From: the human T2T-CHM13v2.0 reference genome, Homo sapiens
Direction: 5' to 3' (one strand)
Assembly: GCF_009914755.1 (NCBI RefSeq)
Contig: NC_060930.1
DNA length: 64,000 nt
The notes beneath the pieces were generated by a model. It searched no databases and was not told the origin of the DNA. It saw only the letters and a program-made list of their open reading frames with translations. Within the stretch, counting starts at the first letter, position 1. Each line of letters begins with the position of its first letter. Made by a program: the position numbers and the translations under genes. Positions 42,042 to 58,163 of this stretch are shown in pieces.

Positions 42042-42928
42042 AGAAACTTTTAATAAGTGTTTTAGACTTAACAGTTAACAGCTCGAAGAAGGTACTATGG
42101 ATAATCTGTTAACATGGGCAACATGACATTTAATCCATAATATGAGGGATCTGACTAACAACCAATTCCTGGTGAAATAATGAGCTAAAAATATGAAATC
42201 AAATCAAAGAAAACCTAGGAGAATTAAAAACTTATTGGGTCTCTAGGGAGGTGATAGTTTTATATACTGAAAAGCAAAAGCCAAAACCAGTAAATAGACA
42301 AACATGGATAAATTCCCAAGTTGTCAACTGAAGATATAAGAGGCATTTATTTCAGTATTATCTGTGTCAGAGCATAAAGTACACAGAAGTTACACATGCC
42401 AAGTATAATTCAGAAAGAACGGATTTCTTAAAAAAAAAACCAGCACTTTACAATGCTGTCCTATACAACAGCATTATGAAAGAATTACCATATGGATTTG
42501 TAAACATCAAGAGCTAACATGTGTCCACTGGAGCTCCAATAACTAAGCTTGACATAATTCTACCAACATGCTTAGTCTCTAGCAAGAGCAATGGTGCCTC
42601 CCCCTAACACCAGAATTGTAAAAATCATCAACTAGGAGTTACATATTTACATTTAACACTTTATTATTTATAAAACCTGTTCTTTGGATAATTAATAAGC
42701 TAATCATGTCTTCAATTTGCTTGATTTGTCTCTAATAAGGCAAAGATGAGTTGAAAAGATAAACTATGGAAAGAATATAGGTCGAATATAAAAAAAAACT
42801 ATTACTTCGATATGAACAATCTTTCTTTCTTACTAGAAGTCTTAGGATATAAGACCAAGCATAAAACTTGAGCCTGTATTTTTAATTCTCTTAAATGCAT
42901 TAATGAGATTAATTTAATTTTTACTTAC

Positions 42929-42990
42929 TGTGTAGTATCTATATCTGCATCAGGCTTGGTGCTCAACTGTTCCAGACAGTATATAAAAAC
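42929..42990 (-). CDS. EXOC2: EXOC2 coding exon, 62 nt, VFIYCLEQLSTKPDADIDTT(H)
   Basis: Acceptor tttcacttAG, donor CA|gtaagt, phase 0 to 2. Confidence 0.97.
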
Positions 42991-43655
42991 CTAAGTGAAA
43001 ACATAAGTTTCAGAACTCTCAGAGGAATGAACTCCTAGACATTAATCTATTTGGACACTAAAGATAACTTTACATAAAGTAGAATTATATATCTCATTAG
43101 TGGTGTGGTGTTGTGTGCATGTATGAATATGTGTATATACTGTATATGCCCCATTAATGACAGAAATATATATCCCAGCCATATCTATCACATAAGTAAT
43201 AGACAATTAGAAGTGCCTATGTTTTGATCAATTATTAAGTTTGTAAAGATATATTCCGGAAAAAGACTTTCTCTTATTCATTCACCCACATTCTCAACTT
43301 TATGTGCCTGCAAAGCACTGGTCCCAATAACAATACTTTATACCCTAGATATAATGTGAACAACTAAATATCATTTAATTTACGTTGTGCTCGAACAGAA
43401 TACATAGAAAGTACCAAGAGAACACAAAAAAGGGGAGCATAACATAAATGAAACATTTGGGTATTGCTAAAACAAGTTGGAATTAATCTTACATTAAACT
43501 TTGTTACCCACTTACCTTAAACTATTATGTACACAGACAAGATGAAAAAAGAATACCTATTTGGTGAACGTCATCTGCAGATTATAAATAGGAGAGGGGT
43601 TGACTGACACTTAGTATTATTTGAGGCTTTCAGCATTACTGCTTTCTATTATTAC

Positions 43656-43715
43656 CTGCATTATATTGATGCTTAGCTGGCAAACCTCCTCCTGTGTTTT
43701 AGGTTGTTGGAAGAC
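43656..43715 (-). CDS. EXOC2: EXOC2 coding exon, 60 nt, VFQQPKTQEEVCQLSINIMQ
   Basis: Acceptor ttcttccttacAG, donor CAG|gtaata, phase 0 to 0. Confidence 0.97.
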
Positions 43716-44185
43716 CTGTAAGGAAGAATTTTGATGAAAATTTTTGGACTTTGCTAAGAAAAGGTTTTTGTATATGAAGTTAGATATGAACAGTTAAAAC
43801 GTGGAACGCTGCTGCAGGAGTGGTGCCCTTCCTATAAAAGGAGGCGTGTGAAGAGTGGGCCTACTGGGAGGTGTTCCTTACTGTAGTGACTTGGGCTGGA
43901 GAAGACAACGCAGTCCTGGGCTGATGGTCAAGAGCCAGGCCCATCAATAGCTGTCCACAAAGTGCTATCACTGTAACCACTCCACCTACAACACCTGCAC
44001 TCACACTTTAACTTGCATCGGCCTGGCTTGGAATCGGAAATCAGCACATCTACGCAGTTAAACTAAATGGAACAAGCAGGCGAAGAGGGAGAAAAGATCT
44101 TGCAGTACGATGAGTCAAAAATTTACAACTATGATTCCCAAGGCTCCCTGGGAAACTGGAGTCCAAGCGGAGCTGGAATACTTAC

Positions 44186-44266
44186 ACTGGCCTCTCCCGG
44201 CTTGCACTCCAGAACCCCCTTCAGTGACTGCAGAGAACACACGATGCACTGTTCAAACTGACATGG
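44186..44266 (-). CDS. EXOC2: EXOC2 coding exon, 81 nt, [27 protein letters not shown]
   Basis: Acceptor ttttcccttcAG, donor AGT|gtaagt, phase 0 to 0. Confidence 0.97.
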
Positions 44267-45039
44267 CTGAAGGGAAAACAGCATATTGTAAAACTCAAAA
44301 ATGAGCACTGGCTGTGAAGACATGTTTAACACAAGCGAATATGGCCCCAAGCCCCACATTTTCCAGATTAATGGAATGGAACAGACACACGATCTGAAAA
44401 GTCATCTCCTAGTCATTGAGTTTCAGAGGTTTGGCATATGTTTTGTACTTCGTATTTTAGAATGAATCAATCTTGAGACTCCAAAGTATATCTAATTCAA
44501 CTACAATAAAACTCAGATATGACTAAAAATTTTCTTCAAAATTCTACTCTTCTAAGAGGCCAATATACAACGAGGAGCAGATATAATGAGTTTATATTTT
44601 GAATGCTAATTCTGAAGGATATTCTGGGATGAGCTGAGTCTCCTAGATCTTCCACATCTCTGGAACTGTTAAACAAAATTTAATGATAATAATAATGACC
44701 TAGAGGATGTACAGGATCTTTATATCAGATAGATTGTAAACAGTCATTTTCTATCTACATTAAGTCAGAAAATGAAACCTGAAAATATGCCCAACCAATG
44801 GCATTTCAAGACAAGCTAGAATGAATCTTAGCTCCTAAGGGTGTTTAAGTTTTCACTTTGTGCCAGGAACTACTCTAGGTTAAGGAAGATACAGGAATAA
44901 GTAAGACAGAATTCTCATTATGTGTATATTTCAGGCAGAAGACACGATCATGAAAGTCAAAGTTGACAAAATGGTTTAAAAAAGTATAGAAATAAAATAA
45001 TTAAAATAGTAAGTGTCATGAATAAAAGAAGTAGAATTT

Positions 45040-45396
<357 letters not shown>

Positions 45397-45565
45397 TCAT
45401 AGAAGGCCCCCAAGACTGTGAGAACATTGATGCTGAGACGGGAAGGGGAAGAGGGACCAGCCCTTTGAAGGAACAGGGAAGGAGAGGAGCAAGTTCTCAG
45501 AGGACGACAGTGTACCCACCCCGCAGAGTGGGCAAGAAACCACTGGGAAAGCAGGAGCACAGGAA

Positions 45566-45736
45566 GAGCAGCGTGTCACAACCAACAAACATGAGCACAA
45601 GTCTTGAGAGATGGGGTAGGAGGCCAGGCTTCATCCGGAGCAGCGAGACAAGAGCAGCGTGTCAGAACCACCAAACATGAGCACAGGTCTTGAGAGATGG
45701 GGTAGGCGGCCGGGCTTCATCCGGAGCAGCGAGACA
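45566..45736. repeat. ~86-bp tandem duplication (2 copies)
   Basis: agcagcgtgtca...aaacatgagcaca..tcttgagagatggggtagg...cttcatccggagcagcgagaca is present twice. Confidence 0.85.
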
Positions 45737-45964
45737 TGGAAGGCTCAAGGCTCAACCAAGCAGTTGTGTGCAAAACACTGGGACTGAGAACCTCTCTTCA
45801 ACACATGCATTAATTTTTAAAAGAGTTTGGGAAAAAAACTGAAGAGAAGAAAGGAAGTGACATCTATATACATCTTTTAAAAAGACAAGTTTATTTTCTT
45901 ATGGAAAGGAACCCAGACTTAATGAAAGCTAAAACAGTGCCTCAGCTTTAATGTCATGTTATTT

Positions 45965-45992
45965 CTGCACTTTGAAACCACCAGAGGGCATT
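45965..45992 (+). promoter_or_regulatory. Candidate CTCF site
   Basis: CCACCAGAGGGCA at 45978-45990 matches the CTCF core, with a TGCAC upstream-motif-like element in front. Motif evidence only. Confidence 0.45.
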
Positions 45993-46232
45993 ATAAAGAA
46001 TACTTAAAAGTGAAAGTACAAAAACAGTAATAAAATAAGAAATAGAGGATGAAATACCAACTGCACAGAAAGCATTTAAAGAGGCAAAATGTTTGTTAGG
46101 TTACTGACCTTACTCATCTAACCTACCCACCTCAGAAGGTATGAAAATTTAAGATGTTACAATGATAATTATTACTATAATATTGACAATCGAATCTGAA
46201 ATTCAACCGTGGGCCATTAAATGTTGATGTTT

Positions 46233-46571
<339 letters not shown>

Positions 46572-48402
46572 TTAGATTTCTTCTATTAAAATTTGGACTC
46601 AACTTTCTTATTAATTTTATTTTTATACCCACACTAATATAATAAGTAGAAACAGAATACTAGAAAGTTCAATGAGTGCTTTCAGTTGAACCGGGAGTAG
46701 GTGATAGTCTACACATTCACTATTTCTTTTTTCTCAAAAGAAATAGTTCTGTCTCTGTGTATTGTCAGTGAGTCATCCAATTTAGATGACTGTCAAAAGT
46801 TATCACAAATCATTCCAGTTCTTCTGAAAGAAGAAAATTCTCAGAATCTCAGAATTATCCAAATTGAAAAGAGGCAGAAACCATTTTCAGCATGAGAAGA
46901 AAACAGGATGCTTTCGAGTGAGCTGTTTCTGAGCTCTGAAGCAAAGCTCTAATCAGAGAGAATGCCTCAGCCGAGGGACAGTCATAGTGAGGCAGTGCTT
47001 GACCTTGATGTCCTCAATGGGATAAGCAATGGGATTATCCCATTAAGGGATATCTAATGTTTAGAAAAATGGGATTTTCTAAACATTGATTCACGTTTTC
47101 TCTTAAGAGGTCCACGCGGAATAGCTAAAAAACTGACTCAGTGTTATCAGGTCTATCGTGGTAGGACACTTCTTCAAGGACCTCTGGCTAGACAATGTCT
47201 TGGCTGACTCCAGACGTGCTATTTCCTAGGGCTCATTCATTCGCAAGGTGCACTGGGGGTCAGTTCTTTCGTCCCTGCCGATAGTTATGTGGCTTGTGTG
47301 AGAGATCAAACATGAAATCAGTTATTTTATGGTTGCAGTTGCACTACTTAAAGTTTAAAAATAAACTACAAAGAAGCTTCTGAAGTAACTATTTCAGAGC
47401 ATTTTCACAGAGGCTGATATACTACAATCAGGCAAACGAGGTCTGGAGGCTTCCAGGGAAGCACACACTGGCTGACCACGTGTACCCGAGGCACTGACCT
47501 GAAGAAGGACCTGAAGCCAATCCCTGTTTTATGGCTCAGAGTTACTGAATTGATGGCAGATTTTAAGAATGAGGAATAGGACCCTGACAGCAGACTCTGC
47601 CTTCTCAAACTGAACATATAATTTTTTTCCATTTGCACATAACTGACTTGAGGCAGGTATGTCTAACCTGCCTGCACCTGCTTCATCTCGGGCAAGTGAT
47701 TCAGTGGATGGTGGCCCAATGATCCCTTCTGGCCTGTCTTCAGGCTTGCTGTGATCATTAGGATAGGTCTATAGAAAAGAGCTCTGAACACAGTAAACTT
47801 CATGTATTATTATCATAGTAGCCCAGTGATCACAAGTATTAATTTAACAAATAAAAATCCTTTATGTTTGTCCAGAGCTTTGCAGTTTACCAGGTGCTTC
47901 GGTCCACAGTATCTCATTGTATCCTAACCCACATCACTGTGAAGATGTGTTCTGCTCCCTGTTTACAGACTAAGACTCTAGGGTCAGACAGACTACATGG
48001 CTTCTTTAGGACCACATGGAAGATTGAAGTAGGTTCTGATTCCAAATCAAGTGCAATAAGTTTTCCCTTCACACCAGTGCTGTCCGATAGGTGTATAATG
48101 TTAGCCACAAACAGAAGCCATGTAAGAAATCTTAGATTTACCGGTAATCACATTTTAAAAAGCTTTTAAAAAATAAACCCATAAAGTCAATTTTCATATA
48201 ATCTATTTAATGCAGTCTATCCAAATATTATTATTTCCCAGGTAGTGCATGTAAAACGTGGAGATGGTTCACATTCTGCCTTTTGTGCAGGTGGTGCAGG
48301 TCCATACCTTTCTCTAAAGATTTAGTGTGAGGGAGAATTAGCTATAGACTAGTCACTATTTAAATACAAATAATTGTGACGAATAGAAACCCAATCGATT
48401 AA

Positions 48403-48710
<308 letters not shown>

Positions 48711-49214
48711 CAATTAAAATATTTTTATTAAAAATAAAGCATTTAAAATAGAATCTTAATTGACTTATTAAAAATAATAAACTTCCCTAACTCATTTCAA
48801 GCATGATTTAATTTGCAAAAAAGCATTGCTTTTCTAAATCACCTTGTTATATATAAAGTAAGGTACAATGATATATTAACTTAAGATAGGACCTTGAACT
48901 TTGGAGGAATAGAATGAGTCAAAAATTCCCCAGCCCCCAGAAGACAGTCCATGAGAAGTACAGTCTGCCCTTCATGCCCCAGGTTCTGCCTCTGTGAATT
49001 CCACCAATGGTGGAACTGGCTGGATAGAGAGTCCAAGGATATAGAAAGCCAACTTTTAGGGGCTTGAGAGTCCTCAGATCTTGGTATATGAAGGGATCTG
49101 GAACCAGCCTTCGCTGAGGATACCAAGGCACGACTATATAGAAATTCAAGGGAATTTAAAAATACTGTGCAGGATCATTGTTTCCTGATAGCCTGACTCA
49201 TCACTGGTTTGTAA

Positions 49215-49584
<370 letters not shown>

Positions 49585-50486
49585 TATCCTTTTTTCTTAA
49601 TAAGGTAAGACAGAAAACAGGAGCAGCCACGTGCTCTCCCGACCTCTGTTGCCAACAGGGACAGGCATGGAATGTGTTCTGACCAATTAGATGGAGGAGA
49701 GTTGCAAGTTATGGCTCCTGGGAGGGGACTGGACTTTCTTCCTGACAGCAGCCAGGCCACGAGTGACCCCGAGGCCAGCCTGAGTAGAAGGCAGTGTGAA
49801 GGGTCACAGGGAAGAAGGATGGAGGCAGCCCTGGGCACTGACTGTGTGACCACGCTGCCAGGCTGCTGTGAGAGACAGAAGTCCCCCCCTGGTGAAAGCC
49901 ACTGGGATGTGTCGGCCGCTGCCTGGCCATCGTCACTGGCACAGCCACCCACAGGACCGCGAGGGGCACCCGTGAGACAAGTGTGAAAACCCGTGAAATC
50001 ATGAAGATGATTTTTAAACCTAAAAGTCCCAGCTGAAAAGATGAAGATTCTAGAAACAGGTCACAGTTGGCTGCCTGGCCTGAGAATGTATCTGCAGTGG
50101 TCTGTGGTGGTTGTTTTTGTTTGTTTGGTTTGTTTTGGCTTTGGAGCCAGCAACGTCATCTCTTCTATCCTGCTTTCCGGAAAAGCTCAAGTTGCTGAGT
50201 AATTTAGAATTGAGCATACTCTGTTTTTAAAAAACTAATTCAAACAAAAATCGTAAGTTATACAGGATGAAAAAGGTCAAGTCTAAAAGAAACGCATTGT
50301 TCTCATTAATTTTTCAATATTTATGGTTCGTGTTAAGCAAAAATGTCTCTGAGAAGAAAACCTTTAAGAAGCTTCTATTTCTATTTAGAGCTGCAACACA
50401 TGGAGCACATGCTCCCTATTAATATGATAAACTATTTATTTTAAATACACACTAATGACTAATAATTGAAAAGAACTTAAACTTAC

Positions 50487-50548
50487 TAGAGAAGTCAGTC
50501 CTTCATTGTCAACAATCCAGTCTTCTTTTTCAGCTAATCTCTTTATTT
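50487..50548 (-). CDS. EXOC2: EXOC2 coding exon, 62 nt, IKRLAEKEDWIVDNEGLTSL
   Basis: Acceptor cttctcatatAG, donor CTA|gtaagt, phase 1 to 0. Confidence 0.97.
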
Positions 50549-51735
50549 CTATATGAGAAGAAGCACACAAATACTTTATTATAATTATCTCACTAAATTT
50601 TATACAGATTAAAAATGTATACAGGTTATGGTTTTTCATTGTTTTATATAGGTTTGTAAAAACTCGATGAAAGTAGGCAAAGAATATAATTTTGGTAGAC
50701 TTGATGATTTAAGTATATATTGTTCACTGGATGATTCTACTAAGATATTAATGTGAATAAAAGTTTTTACTGTATAGCCCAATTTGGGGAATTCTACGTT
50801 GGATTTAATGACAACTTGAGACAATCATTTATTACTTATTCAGGATTCTTCACAACACTAGGCATGTACAAAATAAGTCATACAGTATTTTTTTTCCTAA
50901 AATTTCTGATGAGTAATTTGGCTGTTTTTTGAATCCTACAGATTCCTGACAAGGGCAATATGATTCTCAGTTGGCTAAGGGAATGCCACCTGCTCAAACC
51001 TTCGGCCTTGGGGCAGGCTCAGGTTCCTAGGTGAGGAGGAGGTAATCAACTAAGAGGGGAATATCCAACTTCTCACCTGGGTTCCATTCCCTTCCCATTT
51101 ACACAGTATCGCCCACCAATTTTGCAGAGATGTAAGCTTCCTACCTAAAAAGCCAAGCCTGGTAGTAGATAGTAAAGGCCTGTGCCATTTTAGCAATGTT
51201 CTTATTTTTGAAAATATTTAATAACTAAAAGGCTGCTTTGTAAAGAAAACCTTTATGGTTTTTTTATGATTTTATGTAGAAAAGCCTGAAAAATTTAAAA
51301 AGTATAAAGAAAACAAGAATCATCTATAATTTCTGGAATCCAGAGAACCAACACTAACAGAGTTTCCTTTGATTGGACATTGATTTCTGTAAATTAAAAT
51401 TTAAAAATATACATCCATATATTTTCAAAAGTGAGATCAGACTTTATGTACATTTTATACCCTATGTTTTCTACTTAACATTTATCATAACAATATTCTT
51501 ATATCTTTAAACATTTTCAAGTGTATCCATCTTAGTTTCTGCATGGTCTTAATTCTCAACAATACATCACAAAAAGAAAAAACACTTATTGAGCAGCTAG
51601 AAATAAGATGAACTAATATATTCCAATTTCCAGAAGAGTAATTTTCCCTTGTTTTCAAGGATTTGGACACTGAAAGGAGGTGGCACATTCAGATAATCAT
51701 TGCACAGTGAACGTCACCGATTTATCAAAACACAC

Positions 51736-51857
51736 CTTCCGCCGTGTGCTGCAACGTGGCCATTACGCAACGTACTCGGAGATCCAAGATGAGATCCTGG
51801 ATAGTCTGTAACAGGTCATTAGGAATTTCAAGGGCAGTCAACGATTCATGAGTAAGT
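51736..51857 (-). CDS. EXOC2: EXOC2 coding exon, 122 nt, [40 protein letters not shown](E)
   Basis: Acceptor tttgttcgcAG, donor G|gtgtgt, phase 2 to 1. Visible inside ORF 51725..51946. Confidence 0.97.
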
Positions 51858-52247
51858 CTGCGAACAAACACATCCAAACAGAAGTGAGCAGAGTGGGATC
51901 GCAAAGCAATCCCTAGCATCTCTTTCACTGTATAATCATTCCTCACGGAGCTTACGAGCTACAGCATTAGGCTGAAAACAGAAACAGACCACAACTGGGA
52001 CTGTACTGTCAGAGTAATACTGAGTGAAACAACGGAGAAGATGCGTAAACTCAAGAACATTCTAGTCCAACACAAAAACCAGGAACAGTGAGGAGCTTAG
52101 CTGTCAGATGATGAACAGGAAACAGTGGAGGCAAAAGGACAAAAAGAAGAAAAAGAAGAATTTCTTCTTCACTGAATGTATTAATTCTTTCCAAAAAGTT
52201 AAAAAAAACAGAAGTACTCCTTTCTCTGAGAATGTGTCCATACTCAC

Positions 52248-52405
52248 CTTACAGTCTGGATGGCGTGAGCGAGCCACTGTCCGGAGAGCTCGCACTTCAC
52301 CTCCCAGCCTCCGTACTGCTTGGCTTCCCCATCCCGGATGCTGAGGGGAAGCAGGGCTCCGCGGGTAAGCTTCACCAGGGAGTGCATTACTTCCTGAATC
52401 ATTTT
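52248..52405 (-). CDS. EXOC2: EXOC2 coding exon, 158 nt, [52 protein letters not shown](R)
   Basis: Acceptor ttttctAG, donor AG|gtgagt, phase 0 to 2. Confidence 0.97.
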
Positions 52406-52566
52406 CTAGAAAACCAGGAACAAGCATAACCGTGTTCAAATGTGATTAATCGGGTTACATTAACTAAAAGATGCTGCCTGGGCAGTAATGGATGTCTTGA
52501 ATACAAAGTGAGAAAGGAAAAACCCTACCCTGTGAAAAGGTCTACATACTTATCACCCTTACTCAC

Positions 52567-52632
52567 CTTAAAATCATTTTGTCTTTGCCTTACATTCTTT
52601 GATCTTTCAATCTGGCCTGACTTCTCAGCAGT
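52567..52632 (-). CDS. EXOC2: EXOC2 coding exon, 66 nt, [22 protein letters not shown]
   Basis: Acceptor tttttaAG, donor AAG|gtgagt, phase 0 to 0. Continues the EXOC2 peptide. Confidence 0.97.
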
Positions 52633-55600
52633 CTTAAAAATTAAAAAAACAAAATAAAACATATTAGAAATAATTTAAAAATAAGAAATGCTTTAGCACT
52701 TGTACATCAAGAGAACATTAAATATGGTTATAACTTGATTAAAAGAAATGCTTAAGACATAATCTATGTTTCTGATTAAAGAATGATTCATTAGAAAACC
52801 TTTCTTATCCCAATGAGAAGTTATTTATCTTTCTAAAACCTTTACGTACAATTCCCATGAATGAATCCAAGAATTAAGTTGAAACTACCGATTTTACAGG
52901 TGAATTTCATCTACCATTTTCACCAACGATGTCGTATGGTTAAACCATCAGGTATCATACCCACGACAACACTGTCAACATCATTTCTCATTAGCTAGTA
53001 AAGAAACCAAAGGAAGCCTAAACTCTGAAATCTGTCATTTTAGTTTTAAATACTATAAACTATGGCTCTTCCTTCAGAGATTTCAGTGTAATTTAGGATA
53101 AAATACATTCTATCATTCTAGAATTAATTTTTGTTTGTTTACTGATATAACTCATGTTTTTTTCCATTGTCTCTTTCCCCTTAATGTATGGAAAACTACT
53201 TTATATTGACTAAAAGAGAAGCCTGTTCAGTTGGATTTCAGAGAACTGTTTATTAACAAATTTTCTAACTAAATATTTTTATATAAAATAACCTAGAAGG
53301 ACAAGCCCAGGAAGCTTTCTAAATAAAGAAGCATTAACAAAATTATACAATGTAAAATAAAATTCTGACACTTCATTGACATAATGCAAAAGTTAACCTT
53401 TAAGGTGAAAATGCTCATGCCTTATCGGTTAATGCATGACAAGTCAAGAGACCTTTCAAGTTAAGAACAGTTGCATTATAAATTATCATGATATTGACTT
53501 TAAGTCAGTTTTAAAATACAAGCAATGTTATGCACGTTGTATATATATTTATTTCTGTATAAGCTATAAAAACTGCGTGTAGGGTTAGTTTATATAATGA
53601 ACATATCAATGTAAGTAAAATATGGGTTAGGATTGTTGGGTGTTTTCAACAGAACTATCAGACAAACCTGACAAAAAAACGGGCAGCACATACACAGACC
53701 AACATCCTTCAAACTGTAGTTTCCATTCATTTTTAAATTTTATATTAAACTACGCAGCTTTTATCATTTTTTTCTTTGTAGAAATATGTTTTTGTCTTGA
53801 AAGAATTAAAGGTATGTATAAAAACTAAACCTGCAATCCATCTCAATAATCATTCAAAAAGCTAGCTCCTGAGTTCACTGGTCAATGACACTTAAAATTC
53901 TTTGTACCCCAGGGTTTAACTCATAGGTTGATTTTTCCTTTATTTTTAAGACAAATGAGAAGGAACTGAAGTGTTTTAAGCAGGTGAGTGCTGTGAGGCC
54001 TACATTAAGAAGAAGGAATGAGGGGCCAGTGTGCGAGTATGACCAGCCAGCAGGATGTTGCAGTGGCCCAGGTGAACACAGCCACACTGAGACAGCAGCA
54101 GGTGAGCCCAGGTGGCTGAGACAGGCCGCCTGAAGGAGAACCTACTGCCCTGGTGCTGCAGTGAGGAAGGAGGCATGCGCAGAGGGACCCCCACCTAACG
54201 CACGCCCGCTCGGCTAACACCAGCGGCTCTGAGTGTCTGTTCAGCTGCTTTCTGTCTGCCCAGTGTGAAGACCAGAATCAGAACGTGGTTGGTGGTATGG
54301 GGTATGGGCATCGAGCAAATGAATGCCCTGCTCACTGAGGTGACAAATAGCTCTTTTCTACATGTTGCAGTTTGTTAGGTCTTAGGCTTGGGTACTTTTT
54401 TTCTTTGCTGTCTATACCGTCTAGTTTGTTCCCGTGGCTTCAAATATCATTTCTATCTAATGCCTTCCAAAGTCTATCTCCAGCCCAAATATCTCCTCTG
54501 TGACCCATATGTGAATATTGAATAACTCCCAGGAATCTCAATCTACCACATTATCAATGGAAATCTGAAGCTTCCTCCAAGCATGCTCTTTCTTAGGTCT
54601 TTCTGGCTTGGCATACGGCACTCCTGCTCAGGAGCCCACTGCGAGCAACGTCAGAATTCTTGCTTTCCTCTCCCTCACCTGAACACCACGTCCAAAATAC
54701 AACCAAACCTACCAACTGCTCTCCAACTCCACTGACGAAACCTTATCCAAACCACCACTGTTTCCTGCCTGGAGGACCTCCATGGTTTCCCCCACATTTG
54801 TCCCCACCAATTGATTCTGAACACACCACCAAGGTGGGTTTTTTAAAACTGGAAAGCTGGTCTGTTCCCCGCCCCATGGCCTGGGATGAAGCCACTGCCA
54901 GCTGGGCCTGTCCCTCCCAGCCCTCCCACTGCTCAGGACGCTTCTTCCTTTTCTGATAAGCTGAGCTGCCCTCCTGGTGCTGCAGGCGTCCTTCTCGCTG
55001 CCTGGGGCCTGCTTCCCCCCATCCTCTGTGTGGTTGTGTCCTTCTCTTGTGCCATGTGTCAGTTTCAATATCACCTCCAGAGAGCGGCCTTCCCTGACCT
55101 CCAACCCATTGCTGATATTCTGTCTTACAACCCTATTTGTTTCTTTTATAGCTGTTACCAGAATTTTTAAAATAATAATTTAAAAAAATTATTTGAGTTC
55201 TGTCTCTAGAAGAGGAAAGGTCATGCTTACTTTGGTGACTTTTATTTATATTGTAGATATGTATATGTGTAAATTTATGTGTATGTCTACATACTGAGTA
55301 CATGCATGCATTTATATGCATGTGTTATACATTAATGTTTCATACATGTCTACATACGTGTACATGATGTGTTGTGTGTCTGTTGTGTGTGTGCATGCAT
55401 ACATGTGCATGTGTATATTACGTGTGCATGCATGCATGTGTGTCTCAGTACCTGGGCCCTGGTGAATAAATGATCACCTAGGGTTAGGGTTCTCCAAGAT
55501 CTTCTTGAATATACTTAAGAAAGTGTAACTGCCCCAAACGCTCTGGGTCCCGACATGAGAGTGGCCCCGGGAGGCAGATCTGCCAGGCGTAACCCTATGA

Positions 55601-55796
55601 TTTACTCCTGAAAAACCTAACATGCCCAATTCTTCTCCCGGAGATGTCAGATGTCAGCAAATGGGATGAGCAGAGGTTGGAGAGCTTTGTGTGACGGTTG
55701 GGGGTTAGGAGGACTGCTTTGCTTGTTGAATTCAGACACTGCTGCGGAGCCCAGCACCTACTGGAATGTCAGGAGCTAAATCTTTGTTAAGGACCT

Positions 55797-56305
55797 TGTG
55801 ATGGTTAATTTGGTGTCATCTTGGCTGGGCCACAGGGTGCTAGACATTTGGTGAAACATTACTCTAGGTGTGTCTGTGAGGTGTTTCTGGATAGATTAAC
55901 ATGCGCATCAATGCACTGTGCACGGCAGAACCTCTCCCGGATGTGGATGGGCCTCGCTCAATCAGTTGAAGGCCTGAACAGCACAAAAGAGCTGATCCTC
56001 CCATGAGTTAGAGGCACTCCTCCTGTCTGACTGCCTTCAAGCTGGGACACTGTGGGCTTTATGTGCCTTCATAGTTGAACCGAAACATGTGCTCTCCTTA
56101 GGTCTCGAGCCGGCTGGCATTCAAACTGGAGCTTACAGCATCGGCCATCCAGCTGGGCAATGCATCCTGCAGACCCTTGCGGCTTGTCAGTCTCCATAAT
56201 GACATGTGCCAACCCCTTAGCATAGATCTCTTCGTGTATGTGTGTGTGTGAGTGCAGGGATAGGCATACACATCCTATTGGTTCTATTGCCCTGGAGCAC
56301 CCTGA
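55797..56305. mobile_element. ERVL LTR (MLT2-like)
   Basis: tgtgatggttaattt...tgtcatcttggctgggcca ... tcctattggttctattgccctggagcaccctga. Confidence 0.8.
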
Positions 56306-57837
56306 TTCGTGGACGCTTGCTTCACCTGCTATGGAGGGAGGCACATGCCAGTATAAAACTGCAAGAGTCTTGACTGTCAAAGGGCATATCCTCTGCTTGT
56401 ATCCTCCACAGTACCTGATACCAAACTTTGTACATAGTAAGACTGTGCAATGCGAAGATTATTTCATAGTCATTTGTTCTATTACATATTTTTAAATCAA
56501 AGAAAAGCGTGAAAATCTGTTGTTAAAAAACATATAAAAATTAAGGCTAAATTTTGCCACAACAATTTTGCCCAACAAATAGGTGTTCATGAGTGCATGA
56601 GGAAATGTACTGGACAGTAATTTTGTAAAATTCAAGGATTTGTCTCCAAACACATGAAAAGTAGACGGGGAAGGGAACTAGTTGTGGGGCAGACCGCTTT
56701 CAGTTGTTACTTACTGTTTTAATTTAATAGAGCTGAATATCTCCAACACAATGGATTATGTAAAGTTTGCCCTATTTTTAAAAGAAAATCTAATTTTGGA
56801 ATATGTAAGGCATTTTAATTTATATATTATTGAGTTATGTAACTTTTTAAAATGCTGACTCTTAATATTCATCAATTATTTGGCTGTTTTAAAGATTTTT
56901 ATCTAAAAATACACTATATTTAAGATATATCTAAAGGTGAGATCTTAACCTACTATTAACCATTTCGTTAACTAGAAACCTTAACTCTTTCCTGCACACG
57001 CAGACCAAAACTGCTTTGTGGTGAGAGCAACGGCTGATTTCACTGTTTTGATTCACATTTGTTATTTCACATGGCCTTCACTGGCTTGAAGAACTGACTA
57101 TTTTTTAAACTGTTGGAAACTTCATCTAAATTTTTAACGGATGGGCTCTTAATACAACAAGATAGTTTTATAACAAGAAAAATAAGAAAATTCAAATAAA
57201 TTGTGTTTAAAAACTATCATGCTTTCTTGTGTGAGATTAAATAGCTATCAAAAGCCCCAGAACTCTTCCCAGAATTCAATCCAGCTTCTGCGTTTCACTT
57301 GCAGACCGGCAAGGGAAGCAAGTGTCCCCAGCTCCTCTGCTCCTTCCTACAGCCCTGCGCTTTCCTCTAGCTCTTCAGAAGAGGGCACACAGTTTCAAAG
57401 CATGCCCAAATCTGCAGAGCAAATTACACGTAATTAGTAATTATTGCTATAAGCTTTTAAGTTTATAAACATAGACAGGTAGACACGTCATAGGCATATC
57501 CAATTCAGCACAACCAATTAAGAGTCATTTTTTCATTTCACCATTAATGTTGTGCATGAGTTCTGAAGTAGATGATTTATTTTTCATCTACGACCAAATA
57601 TTTCATTTATATGTTTGGTATGTAATCTGTAAGAAAGCAAAACATACTCCCTTTTCACTAAAATATCCTAGATCAAAAATTCTTAGGAATCTTATGACTC
57701 AAAAAGACTCCAGGGAAGGCAACTACTGTCCATGTGTGGTGGGCCACTTGTAGGAACTGATGCAAATGAGGGAAAAACACTTGGCTGGAAACAAACACTA
57801 CGGCTTAAAATCCATGTCCTAAAAGACTAATTCTTTC

Positions 57838-58163
<326 letters not shown>

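Noticed and set aside
55478-55490. tagggttaggg telomere-like motif
   Set aside because: Fewer than two full units; expected by chance.
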